Positions 40,534 to 49,763 of a stretch of DNA of 64,000 bases are shown here, piece by piece (position 1 is the first letter of the stretch; the number at the start of each line of letters is the position of its first letter). Location of the stretch: IMG/VR virus record IMGVR_UViG_3300028601_000020. One strand, given 5' to 3'. The translations under genes were made by a program, and so were the position numbers. The DNA is from a virus. Taxonomy: Duplodnaviria; Caudoviricetes. Below the pieces are notes generated by a model that was not told the DNA's origin, ran no database searches, and worked only from the letters and a program-made list of their open reading frames with translations.

Positions 40534-42015
40534 ATGAATAAATTACGACCATGGGTTTTGAAAAATTGTTTTTCAAAATCAGGAAAGCAAATTCTTTCTG
40601 ATAATTTTTTAAAAAAGAAGTTTCCGCTAAAAATAGAAGAAATTTTTAAAGAAACCTCTTTTTTAAAAGAAGATCAATCATTGAAAATTCGTTTATGGTA
40701 TATTTTAAACGGAGAGAACGAAAAAAGGAAATGTCCATTATGTGGTTCTATTATTAATGATGATTCAAAATATGATTTTTCAGTTTTTTGTTCTGTGAAT
40801 TGTAGGGCGAAATTTATTTCAAATAATGAAATTATTAAAAATAAAAGGAAGCAAACTTGCAAAAAAAGATATGGAGGTGAATCTCCATTTCATTCTTCTA
40901 CTGTTCAACAAAAAGTGAAAGATTCTGTGTTTGAAAAATATGGAGTTAATAACATTTCACAAGTTGAAGAAATTAAGGAAAAATCTGCTGTTTCTTATTC
41001 CTTGACATATCAAAACAACAAAAAAGAAACGCTCGAAAATTATAAACAAAAACACAACGAATTGTTTGAATTTTGGAATAAAACTAAAAGCATTGATGCA
41101 GTAAGCAAGAAATTTAATATATCATTTCATCATATTTATAAAATTCTTGGAAAATTTGATGTTGAATTTAATGTTAATAATGTTTCTTCTTATGAAATAG
41201 AATTACAAGAAATTCTTAAAAGTTGGAATGTTGATTTTGTTGCAAACGATAGACGAATCATTAAACCAAAAGAACTAGATATTTTTATTCCTTCAATAAA
41301 TCTTGCTATAGAAATAAACGGGATATATCATCATAGTATAAAAACGGTTGACCGTTTGATTGCAAAGAAAAATCATTTTAATAAAACGGAACAATGTGAA
41401 TCTCAAGGCATACAATTGTTTCATATTTTTGACAATGAATGGATTGAAAAGAAGGATATATGGATTTCAATGATAAGAAACAAACTTAATCTTGGAGAAA
41501 GAATTTTTTCAAGAAAGTGCAAAATTGTTAAACCAGAAAAATCTGAAGTTTTTCCTTTTTTAGAGAAAAATCATATACAAGGAAAACTTGGATATTTTGA
41601 TTGTATAGGTTTAGAATATAAAGGGGAATTGGTGTCTATAATGACGTTCATTAAAAGACAAAATAGAATTGAACTTGGTAGGTTTTGTTCTAAACTTAAT
41701 ACCAATGTTATTGGATCATTTTCAAAATTATTAAAAAATTCTGGTTATACAGAAGTTTATTCTTTTGGAAATAGACGATGGACAAATTCTTTGAACAATG
41801 TTTATGAGCATAACGGTTTTGATTTTCTGAGAAAAACTCAACCTAATTATTTTTATACAAAAAATGGAAATATATTTTCAAGAATAAATTTTCAGAAACA
41901 TAAATTAAAGGATAAGTTAGAAACATTCAATTCGGAATTGTCGGAATTTGAAAATATGTTTAATAACGGATATTCTATCATTTTTGATTCTGGCAACTTG
42001 CTTTACAAGAAATGA
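40534..42015 (+). CDS. Hef-like free-standing homing endonuclease
   Basis: Zn-binding CPLC..FCS..C, 'KRYGG/KYGVNNISQ' repeats, 'ELDIFIP..NLAIEINGIYHH' PD-(D/E)xK-like core, 'FLEKNHIQG', 'IFDSG'. Confidence 0.8.
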   Translation: MNKLRPWVLKNCFSKSGKQILSDNFLKKKFPLKIEEIFKETSFLKEDQSLKIRLWYILNGENEKRKCPLCGSIINDDSKYDFSVFCSVNCRAKFISNNEIIKNKRKQTCKKRYGGESPFHSSTVQQKVKDSVFEKYGVNNISQVEEIKEKSAVSYSLTYQNNKKETLENYKQKHNELFEFWNKTKSIDAVSKKFNISFHHIYKILGKFDVEFNVNNVSSYEIELQEILKSWNVDFVANDRRIIKPKELDIFIPSINLAIEINGIYHHSIKTVDRLIAKKNHFNKTEQCESQGIQLFHIFDNEWIEKKDIWISMIRNKLNLGERIFSRKCKIVKPEKSEVFPFLEKNHIQGKLGYFDCIGLEYKGELVSIMTFIKRQNRIELGRFCSKLNTNVIGSFSKLLKNSGYTEVYSFGNRRWTNSLNNVYEHNGFDFLRKTQPNYFYTKNGNIFSRINFQKHKLKDKLETFNSELSEFENMFNNGYSIIFDSGNLLYKK

Positions 42016-42500
42016 ATATATTTTTAAAAATCATTAACTTTTTCAAATCAAAAAACAAAATGGAATCCATTCCTTCAAAAATTATTGAAATAAACGATAA
42101 GTGGAATAAGTCAAAAACAGTTCGTTATTGGAGCGATGAACTTATTTTTGGTAAAGTAGATTATTGGCAAACACCAAAAGAATTCATCAAAAATGGATTA
42201 GGTGATTGTGAAGATTTTGCAATAGCAAAGTTTTTTGACTTAAAGAAAGAAGGTTATGATCCTTGGATTGTTTATTGTATGGATAAGACTTCTGGTCATG
42301 CTGTCTGTGTGGTTGACGATTATATTCTTGATTTGGATCGTATATATGATTTACGAAAAGATAAATATTGGAAATATGCTTCTGTGTATGGTTTCAATCT
42401 TGATGAATTTAAAATTTTCAAAGAATTCAAGCCAACAGGAAGAAATCTTGGTGTACATAATTTGAAATCATGGACAAATCTTTTAGAAAGGATGAAATGA
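42012..42500 (+). CDS. transglutaminase-like cysteine protease (BTLCP/C93, LapG-like)
   Basis: 'Y.SD...G..DYWQTP.EF...GDCEDFAIAK', 'GHAV', 'ILD' give a Cys-His-Asp triad. Confidence 0.8.
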   Translation: MNIFLKIINFFKSKNKMESIPSKIIEINDKWNKSKTVRYWSDELIFGKVDYWQTPKEFIKNGLGDCEDFAIAKFFDLKKEGYDPWIVYCMDKTSGHAVCVVDDYILDLDRIYDLRKDKYWKYASVYGFNLDEFKIFKEFKPTGRNLGVHNLKSWTNLLERMK

Positions 42501-42787
42501 CGTTGACAGAAAAAGTTAAAACATTTAAAAAAATGATGGAAGAACTGGAAAAATATCGGAGAAAGCCAAATATTGTTCATTCTGCTCAATATACAGGAGA
42601 TGTTGATAAACTTCCTGATGAAATAAAAAATCATAAAATGTTTAAGACAGACAAAGATGGTCCGTATATTGAAACCCTTGAAGGTAATATGCGGATCTCA
42701 AAAGGCGATTTCATTGTTATTGGTATAAAAGACGATATGTTTCCAGTTAAGCCATCTATTTTTAAACAAAATTACACAAAAGAATGA
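42497..42787 (+). CDS. PGDYG-like phage protein
   Basis: ATGA overlap; 'KYRRKP..V.', 'IETLEGNMRISKGDFIVIG....FPVKPSIF..Y'. Confidence 0.75.
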   Translation: MTLTEKVKTFKKMMEELEKYRRKPNIVHSAQYTGDVDKLPDEIKNHKMFKTDKDGPYIETLEGNMRISKGDFIVIGIKDDMFPVKPSIFKQNYTKE

Positions 42788-44361
42788 AAGACTTTAAAAC
42801 ATTTATTTTTGAAGCTCCAAGAGGCCGTCCTCCAAAACCCAAACAATCGTTTGACGAAAAAACCCACGGCCAAAAACTAGAATCATTTAAATCTGGTCTT
42901 CGCAGATTGAACAAGATTTATCGTGACGTTAATCCAGAAAGAATTGATACTGGAAACAGATGGGAAGTCAAGTATTCAGCCAAATCATATAGCCAATATG
43001 AAGAGGCGAGAAAAATATTTTTGAATTTCGCAGATAATTTTGAACATTGGGTTTATAAAGAACTTATTGACCCAACATTAGGTAGATCCAGCGAGTCAAA
43101 AAACAAAGAACCAGAATTACAAAAAAGAGTTAGAAGCACTGCATGGACTGCTTTTATAGGATTGTCTGGCGGTAGTGCTTTTCCTACAAGTGGTATGGAA
43201 GATTCTCCTGATTTTCATAGATTCATCAAAGAGAAAGACACAAACGTTAGAAGGTGGAACGAGAACTTTAAACAAGCCTTCCGTGCAATACAAGATTATA
43301 TTGATGATATGGGAAAGGCAGACATAATTCCCAAGAAAGACGAAATCCTTTCAGTAAAGGGCGTCCGTGTTATTATTCCTGCTGCTGAACGAACATCCTT
43401 CCATGAAAAATATATCAAGAACTATATTCAATATGAAATTCCGTTTGTTGTGGATTTATTGAATAAAAATGGTTTCAAGACATTAACCAGACAATTAGAA
43501 ATTGAATTTAATTTTGACAATAGAAGTATGCTTGGTGGAGAATTTCACCACACAGAAAAAGGCAAAGTGATGATTTATGTTCTTGGAATGAGTGAGGGAA
43601 ATATTGCAAAGCAAGTTTTGCTTCATGAACTAGCGCACAGATTTTATTATAATAATTTGAAAAAAAGCGTGCGGGATTTATGGGATGATGTTATTATTAG
43701 TCGTAAGTTCGTTGTTACTCGTGATCATGTTAAAACGATGGCAAAAATAACCGATGAAAATGGTCAACTTCCCAAAAACATCAACAAAGTCCTTGACTCA
43801 ATTCATGATCCGTTAGAATATGTTTCTATGTATTTTATAGCTCAAGAATTAAGCGGCGGAAAAATACGGAACAAAGATCAGTTGTGGCGGCGTCTTTGGG
43901 AATTAGAAGGAAAGCAAACATATAAAGAATACATTTCTGCCTATGCCGGAAAAAATGCGGCAGAGGCTTTTGCAGAAGCATTATCATTGTATTTGCTTGA
44001 AGGGCCAAGAAGACTTCAGCCTTTCACCCGAAAATTTTTGAAAATGGTTGTTGGGACAACAGGAATTTATTTAAAAGAAAATAATCAAACACAGGAAAAA
44101 ATGAAAACATTCAAAGAATACACCGAGAGTATCAACGAAACGTCCTCTAATATTTCGTCTTATACAAAATCTCCACTAAAAGTAATTGTGAAAGGAGTAG
44201 ATTTTGATTTGTCTTTTAAGAAAGGAAAAATGGGATTTGATGCCATTCTTTCTAACCAACATGGAAAGAAGGTTATTTCAAAACTAAACAAAGATCAGGA
44301 CATTGATGCTTTTATTACACGAATGAAAGAAGTTTATAAAATTGATATCAAAAAGAAATAA
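42784..44361 (+). CDS. putative capsid-internal protein with zinc metallopeptidase motif
   Basis: N-terminal MKDFKTFIFE (T4 capsid-targeting-like), HELAH, downstream 'SAYAGKNAAEAFAE', second MKTFKEY..INE at 44101. Confidence 0.65.
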   Translation: MKDFKTFIFEAPRGRPPKPKQSFDEKTHGQKLESFKSGLRRLNKIYRDVNPERIDTGNRWEVKYSAKSYSQYEEARKIFLNFADNFEHWVYKELIDPTLGRSSESKNKEPELQKRVRSTAWTAFIGLSGGSAFPTSGMEDSPDFHRFIKEKDTNVRRWNENFKQAFRAIQDYIDDMGKADIIPKKDEILSVKGVRVIIPAAERTSFHEKYIKNYIQYEIPFVVDLLNKNGFKTLTRQLEIEFNFDNRSMLGGEFHHTEKGKVMIYVLGMSEGNIAKQVLLHELAHRFYYNNLKKSVRDLWDDVIISRKFVVTRDHVKTMAKITDENGQLPKNINKVLDSIHDPLEYVSMYFIAQELSGGKIRNKDQLWRRLWELEGKQTYKEYISAYAGKNAAEAFAEALSLYLLEGPRRLQPFTRKFLKMVVGTTGIYLKENNQTQEKMKTFKEYTESINETSSNISSYTKSPLKVIVKGVDFDLSFKKGKMGFDAILSNQHGKKVISKLNKDQDIDAFITRMKEVYKIDIKKK

Positions 44362-44491
44362 ATGCCAGCTTCAATTGTAAAATCATTTGCTCAAAAGACG
44401 GGAAATCAAGCAATGAATTAGTGATGCTGTTAAGATCGCAAAGAAATGGGCCGCAGAGAAGAAATTATTTCGGGTTTATGTGGCATCATAA
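44362..44491 (+). pseudogene. probable gene remnant(s)
   Basis: Short MPASIVKSFAQKTG... (stop at 44421), followed by out-of-frame SDAVKIAKKWAAEKKLFRVYVAS*. Confidence 0.35.
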
Positions 44492-44567
44492 ATACTAATG
44501 AAGAATTTTCATTTTAAAGAAACACTTACAACATTAAGAGGATAACATTTACTCTATTCAAAATAAA

Positions 44568-45407
44568 TTGGGGTCTGAATATATCTATATAGTATATAAA
44601 ACGACTAATATAATTAACAATAAATATTATGTTGGGGTTCACAGACAAAATAAAAATGACCTTGAATTTGACGGATATTATGGTTCTGGTATGTTATTGC
44701 GTTCTGCTATAAATAAATATGGAAAAGAAAATTTTATTCGTGAAACTCTTTTTGTTTTTGATAAAGAAAATGATGCTTATGATAAAGAAGCCGAAATCGT
44801 GAACGAAACGTTTATCCAAAAAAACATGGTTTATAATCTTTGTGTTGGTGGAGGACACCCGCCAACTTTGTCAGGATCTGAAAATTATATGTATGGTAAG
44901 ACTCACACAGAAGAAGCTAGAAAAAAGATAAGCGAAAAAAGAAAAGGAAAATCGGTTTCAAACGAAACGAAGAAAAAAATAAGTGATTCAATGAAAGGTG
45001 AGAATCATCCTCTTTTTGGAAAATACGGAAAAAATCATCCGAATTATGGAAAACGCCATTCTGAAGAAACTAAACTAATATTGAGAGAAAAGAATAAAGG
45101 TAAAATTATGAGTGACGAATCAAAAGCGAAAATGAGCATGAAAGCAAAAGAAAGATTGAAGAATAAAGAAAATCATTGGAATTACGGAAAACACCATTCT
45201 GAAGAAACCAAACAAAAAATAAGCGAATCACAACGTGGCGAGAAGGGAAATTTTTATGGAAAACAACACTCTGAAGAATCAAAACAAAAAATGAAGAAAC
45301 CAAAAATAAAAGTTGTTTGCCCTTATTGTGGAAAAATCGGTGGGTTGCCCGTAATGAAAAGGTTTCATTTTGATAAATGTAAACATAAAATAAACACTAC
45401 AATATAA
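44568..45407 (+). CDS. GIY-YIG (Seg-like) homing endonuclease with NUMOD3 repeats
   Basis: 'IVYKTTNIINNKYYVGVH', 'YYGSG', 'YGKENFIRE', repeated 'YGK.HSEE.K.KIS', C-terminal CPYC; start uncertain. Confidence 0.9.
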   Translation: MGSEYIYIVYKTTNIINNKYYVGVHRQNKNDLEFDGYYGSGMLLRSAINKYGKENFIRETLFVFDKENDAYDKEAEIVNETFIQKNMVYNLCVGGGHPPTLSGSENYMYGKTHTEEARKKISEKRKGKSVSNETKKKISDSMKGENHPLFGKYGKNHPNYGKRHSEETKLILREKNKGKIMSDESKAKMSMKAKERLKNKENHWNYGKHHSEETKQKISESQRGEKGNFYGKQHSEESKQKMKKPKIKVVCPYCGKIGGLPVMKRFHFDKCKHKINTTI

Positions 45408-45421
45408 AAATAGGAGACAAA

Positions 45422-45928
45422 ATGGATTTGTCAATTAACGCTTTCAAAGGCGCATTTATTTCAGGCGCAAGACCAAACCTGTATGCTGTTACAATTGCAG
45501 AACTCGGCAGTACGCTTGAATTCGTTTGTCGCGGTTCTCAACTTCCATCAAGCTCAATGGGTATGATTGACGTTCCTTATATGGGTCGTCAACTCAAGGT
45601 TGCTGGTAACCGTATTTTTGCAGACTGGACTATTACTGTACTCAATGACACGAATTTTGCTGTTCGTCAAGCAGTTGAAGCGTGGTCTTCTCTGATCAAC
45701 GGACACGAATCAAACGTTGGTCCTGTTGATATTAATGCTTATTACAGAAACGCAACCGTTCAGCAACTTGATCAGGCCGGCGGCATTCTGTACACTTACG
45801 AATTCAAAGACATTTGGCCGACAGAAATTTCTGAAATTGAATTGGCTTTTGACTCGAATGATCAAATTGAAGAATTTACAATAACCTTCGCCGTGGGTTC
45901 TTATTGGCTTTCTAACGGCGCAGCATAA
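45422..45928 (+). CDS. gp19: tail tube protein gp19
   Basis: 'GARPNLY', 'VPYMGRQLKVAGNRIFADWTITVLND', 'IEEFTITF'. Confidence 0.95.
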   Translation: MDLSINAFKGAFISGARPNLYAVTIAELGSTLEFVCRGSQLPSSSMGMIDVPYMGRQLKVAGNRIFADWTITVLNDTNFAVRQAVEAWSSLINGHESNVGPVDINAYYRNATVQQLDQAGGILYTYEFKDIWPTEISEIELAFDSNDQIEEFTITFAVGSYWLSNGAA

Positions 45929-45933
45929 TAATT

Positions 45934-47538
45934 ATGTTTGAAAGACTTTTTGAGGCCTTCGGGCTTGATCTAAAAAAGAATAAACTTGACTCTCCACAGA
46001 TCGTCAAAGATACATACGATGACGGTGCTGTGGAGGTCATTGATTATGGTGGTGTGTACTATGACGGATATACTGATGTTCTAAAAGCAATTTCCAACGA
46101 ACGTGAACTAATTCTTTTGTATCGGGAAATCTCGTTTATTCCGGAAGTGGATCAAGCAATAAATGAAATTGTCAATGATGCCATTGTTTATTCAAAATCT
46201 GAACATTTCCCAGTCAAAATAAATCTTGATGGAGTTGAACTATCTGACAATATCAAGAAAAAGATTTTTGAAGAATTTGAAAATATTCTTGGTCTTCTAA
46301 AATTTGACAACAAAGCAGATGACACTTTCCGTCAATGGTATATTGACGGAAGAATGCCTTTTTATTTGTACGTTGACGAAAATAAGAAGAGTAACGGCAT
46401 TACAAAAATTATAGCAATTGACCCAACGAAAATCAAGAAAATTCGTGAAATAAAAAAGAAAATGATTGATGGGGTAGAAAAAATTTATGAAATAGATGAA
46501 AAATATATTTATTTTCCTGATAATAACACCCCTGTTGAATTTGTCAATAAACCGTTACAGTCTTATAATATTTCTGGTGAAATGCACAGGGGTATTGAAT
46601 TAACTGCTGATTCGGTTGTTTTTTCTACGTCTGGTCTTATGGACGAAATGAGAATTTCGGTTTTGTCGTATCTCCATAAAGCGATTAAACCAGCTAATCA
46701 GTTGAATCAAATGGAAGATGCTATGCTTATCTATAGAATTTCTCGTGCTCCTGAGAGACGGGTTTTCTATGTTGATGTGGGCAATCTTCCTAAAAATAAA
46801 GCAGAATCTTACCTTCAGTCATTAATGGCGAGGTTCAGAAATAAGTTGTCTTATAATGCGTCTACTGGAAAAGTGAGGAATGAAAGCCACATTAAGTCAA
46901 TTCTTGAAGACTTTTGGCTTCCTAGGCGTGAAGGTGGTAAAGGAACGGAAATATCAACAATTGGTGGGAACACTACTTTTGCTGGGATTACTGAAGAGAC
47001 AAATTATTTTAAACAAAGACTGTATAGATCGTTGAACGTTCCTATCGGTCGTGTTGATCCTGAAGCAACCTTTGTTTTTGGTAAATCAGGTGAAATTACC
47101 CGCGATGAAATAAAATTTTCAAAGTTCATCAATAATCTACGGAATCAGTTCGGTCAAACGATTTTTGATGATATTTTGAAAACTCAACTCGTTCTGAAGA
47201 AAATTATTAAGTTCAATGAATGGGAAACGATTCAGAAAGGAATTTTTTATCAGTGGGAAGACGATTCTCATTTTTCAGAAATGAAAGAACTTGAGACGTT
47301 GAATCTTAGAATGGAAACTCTTGATCTTGTCAACAATCATCGGGATAATTATTTCTCGAAAGGATGGATCAGGCGGCATGTTTTATTCCAAACTGAGGAA
47401 GAAATCAAAGAACTCGAAAGAGAGCGTGATAAAGAGCAAGAGACAGAACCAGAGGAAGAACCTCAAGAAAAAGAACCACGTCCCGTCCCTGTTGTCTTAC
47501 AACAGCCCGATGAAGAGGACGAAGAGGATCAAAAATGA
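45934..47538 (+). CDS. gp20: portal protein gp20
   Basis: 'SYLHKAIKPANQL..MEDAMLIYRISRAPERRVFYVDVGNLP', 'EDFWLPRREGGKGTEI'. Confidence 0.97.
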   Translation: MFERLFEAFGLDLKKNKLDSPQIVKDTYDDGAVEVIDYGGVYYDGYTDVLKAISNERELILLYREISFIPEVDQAINEIVNDAIVYSKSEHFPVKINLDGVELSDNIKKKIFEEFENILGLLKFDNKADDTFRQWYIDGRMPFYLYVDENKKSNGITKIIAIDPTKIKKIREIKKKMIDGVEKIYEIDEKYIYFPDNNTPVEFVNKPLQSYNISGEMHRGIELTADSVVFSTSGLMDEMRISVLSYLHKAIKPANQLNQMEDAMLIYRISRAPERRVFYVDVGNLPKNKAESYLQSLMARFRNKLSYNASTGKVRNESHIKSILEDFWLPRREGGKGTEISTIGGNTTFAGITEETNYFKQRLYRSLNVPIGRVDPEATFVFGKSGEITRDEIKFSKFINNLRNQFGQTIFDDILKTQLVLKKIIKFNEWETIQKGIFYQWEDDSHFSEMKELETLNLRMETLDLVNNHRDNYFSKGWIRRHVLFQTEEEIKELERERDKEQETEPEEEPQEKEPRPVPVVLQQPDEEDEEDQK

Positions 47539-47702
47539 AATATAGAGAAATTGTAATAGGCGCAATTGACGGCAGTCCGTCTGAAGTTGAAAAATCTTTT
47601 GACTCTGCCATTAAGAGGGAGGTTATGGATCGCATTGAAGCAAAACGGGCAGAAGTCGGGTCAAATCTTTTAAAACAAATTAGAAAATCTGCGGACGATT
47701 GA
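47535..47702 (+). CDS. gp67: prohead core protein gp67-like (55 aa, below ORF-track cutoff)
   Basis: MKYREIVIGAIDGSPSEVEKSFDSAIKREVMDRIEAKRAEVGSNLL...; ATGA overlap with gp20, in the gp67 position. Confidence 0.7.
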   Translation: MKYREIVIGAIDGSPSEVEKSFDSAIKREVMDRIEAKRAEVGSNLLKQIRKSADD

Positions 47703-47986
47703 TGAAAACAAAAGTAGTTCCGCTTAATAACGGCTCAAAAGTAATTTTGTATAAAAATGAAATGACCGGTGAATGGCTTAGAGACAAATCTAAAGCATCG
47801 GATAACTTCCAAAAATACATCATTGAATCAAATGAGAAGAAAGCAAGAACCATTCGCCAATATTATAGCGGAATTACAATTTCATATACAAGAAATAAAA
47901 TTCGTGAAATGATAAATAATGATATCAAAAATATTGATTTACTTTATGACACTATTGTAAATGAGATAATTTTAAAGAGGAAATAA
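47702..47986 (+). CDS. hypothetical protein in the gp68 position
   Basis: Coupled ORF between the gp67-like gene and gp21. Confidence 0.55.
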   Translation: MKTKVVPLNNGSKVILYKNEMTGEWLRDKSKASDNFQKYIIESNEKKARTIRQYYSGITISYTRNKIREMINNDIKNIDLLYDTIVNEIILKRK

Positions 47987-48664
47987 ATGGCAAAGTTAAT
48001 TATGGATATCATTTTTGATAATTCAACAATGGTATCCGAGTCAAGAGACGGAACAAAAGAACTTTTCATTGAAGGAATATTTCTTCAAGCAGAAAAGAAA
48101 AATAGGAACGGAAGGATTTATCCTATTGACGTTCTTAAACCAGTTGTAGAAAAATATATTGATAATTATGTTACTCCAAACAGAGCAATGGGAGAACTTA
48201 ATCATCCAACCTCTCCTTCTGTTGATCCAAAAAATGCAAGTCACCTTATTACTTCATTGAAACTTGAAGGACATGATTATATTGGAAAGGCAAAGATTTT
48301 GAATACTCCTGTTGGTAATATTGTAAGAGGTCTCATTGAAGGTGGAGTAAATCTTGGAGTTTCTAGTAGGGGTCTTGGATCCCTCAAAGAAGGAACCGGT
48401 CCTTATAGAGGATCAAAAGTCGTTAATCGTGATTATCATATGGTCACTGTTGATATTGTTTCCGATCCTTCTGCTCCTGATGCTTTTGTTAATGGTGTTT
48501 ATGAATCCGTTGATTATGTCATTGAAGCTGGTGTTATAAAGCCGGTAAACGTTGCTGAAATCAAAAAAGCAAGAAATTTGCTTTATAAGAAAAAACTTTC
48601 TGAAGCAGAAAAAATTGCTAATGCTCAGTCATTGATGGCAACAATTCTTAAATTTTCAGAATAA
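47987..48664 (+). CDS. gp21: prohead protease gp21
   Basis: 'IEGIFLQAE.KNRNGRIYP', 'AMGELNHP', 'GVSSRGLGS', 'DIVSDPSAPDAFV'. Confidence 0.96.
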   Translation: MAKLIMDIIFDNSTMVSESRDGTKELFIEGIFLQAEKKNRNGRIYPIDVLKPVVEKYIDNYVTPNRAMGELNHPTSPSVDPKNASHLITSLKLEGHDYIGKAKILNTPVGNIVRGLIEGGVNLGVSSRGLGSLKEGTGPYRGSKVVNRDYHMVTVDIVSDPSAPDAFVNGVYESVDYVIEAGVIKPVNVAEIKKARNLLYKKKLSEAEKIANAQSLMATILKFSE

Positions 48665-48685
48665 TTGATTACAATTTCTGTGAAG

Positions 48686-48693
48686 TATAAATA
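48686..48693 (+). promoter_or_regulatory. T4-type late promoter
   Basis: TATAAATA upstream of gp22. Confidence 0.8.
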
Positions 48694-48771
48694 ATAGTAG
48701 AAAAATAAGACTGTTAGTAATTTGCAATTTGCTAATAAAAAATAAAATTTTGAACACAATAGGAGTACCAT

Positions 48772-49650
48772 ATGTCAGTTCTGGAAACAATCAAAAAAAA
48801 GTTGCAGGAATCGCTGGACGAAGAAAAACTTGCTATTCTTGAAGCAGTAGAGGTTGAACTTACTGAAGAAGAAATGGAAGGACTGTCAGAGGAAGAGATT
48901 GCTGCTCTGATTGAAGCAAAGAAAAAGGAAATGAAGGAAGAAGATGACGAAGAGGATGATGATGACGATGATGAAGAAATTGATGTAAAAGAGTCCTTAG
49001 CAAAAATCTTTGAAGGCGCAAAAATTGATGAAAAGGTAAAATCTGACCTTGAAACTCTTTTTAATGCCGTTGTAGCCGAAAAGGTTATTCGTAAGTGTGA
49101 TGAACTTTCGGACAAATACGAAAGTGAACTTGAAGAGGCTCTTGAGAAAATTGAAGAATCCATTGACAAATATATTTCTTATGTTGCTGATGAATGGATG
49201 AACGAGAATGAGCTTGCAGTAGAAAAAGGCATTCGTCAAGAAATTTCTGAAAACGTTCTTGCTGGTATTCGGAATCTGTTCGTTGAGAATTACATTGATG
49301 TTCCAGAGGAAAAAATTGATCTGGTTGCAGAGGCAGAAGATACTATTGAAGAACTTACCAGCAAACTTGACGAAACCACAAACACAATTCTTTCTCTCAA
49401 GAAAGAAATTGATGAAATGAAAACGGAAAAAATCGTCAATGAACTTGCTACAGAGTTGACTGAAACAGAAAAAGAAAAACTTTCTGACCTTATTTCTGAA
49501 TTCAAATATGAAGACGATTCAAGCTATAAAGAAAAGGTTTCTCTTGTCATTGAAAAATATTTTGGTAAGCCCGAGGATAAAGAAAAGATTGATGAAAGCA
49601 AGATTGATGACCGTATGAAACTGTACATTAATCATTTCAAAAAGAAGTAA
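48772..49650 (+). CDS. gp22: prohead core scaffold protein gp22
   Basis: Very acidic; 'YISYVADEWMNENELAVEKGIR', 'LFVENYIDVPEEK'. Confidence 0.93.
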   Translation: MSVLETIKKKLQESLDEEKLAILEAVEVELTEEEMEGLSEEEIAALIEAKKKEMKEEDDEEDDDDDDEEIDVKESLAKIFEGAKIDEKVKSDLETLFNAVVAEKVIRKCDELSDKYESELEEALEKIEESIDKYISYVADEWMNENELAVEKGIRQEISENVLAGIRNLFVENYIDVPEEKIDLVAEAEDTIEELTSKLDETTNTILSLKKEIDEMKTEKIVNELATELTETEKEKLSDLISEFKYEDDSSYKEKVSLVIEKYFGKPEDKEKIDESKIDDRMKLYINHFKKK

Positions 49651-49681
49651 AAAACCACAATTTGACGCAATTTCTTGAAAT

Positions 49682-49689
49682 TATAAATA
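49682..49689 (+). promoter_or_regulatory. T4-type late promoter within a 14-bp inverted repeat
   Basis: TATAAATA flanked by GCAATTTCTTGAAA (49667-80) and TTTCAAGAAATTGC (49708-21). Confidence 0.8.
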
Positions 49690-49763
49690 ATAATACAAAA
49701 GATTTATTTTCAAGAAATTGCCAAGAAATTTAACAAACACTAAATGATCTAAGAGGTAAAAAT

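Noticed and set aside
48732-49169. 145-aa Ser-rich minus-strand ORF
   Set aside because: Antisense shadow of the acidic gp22 codons
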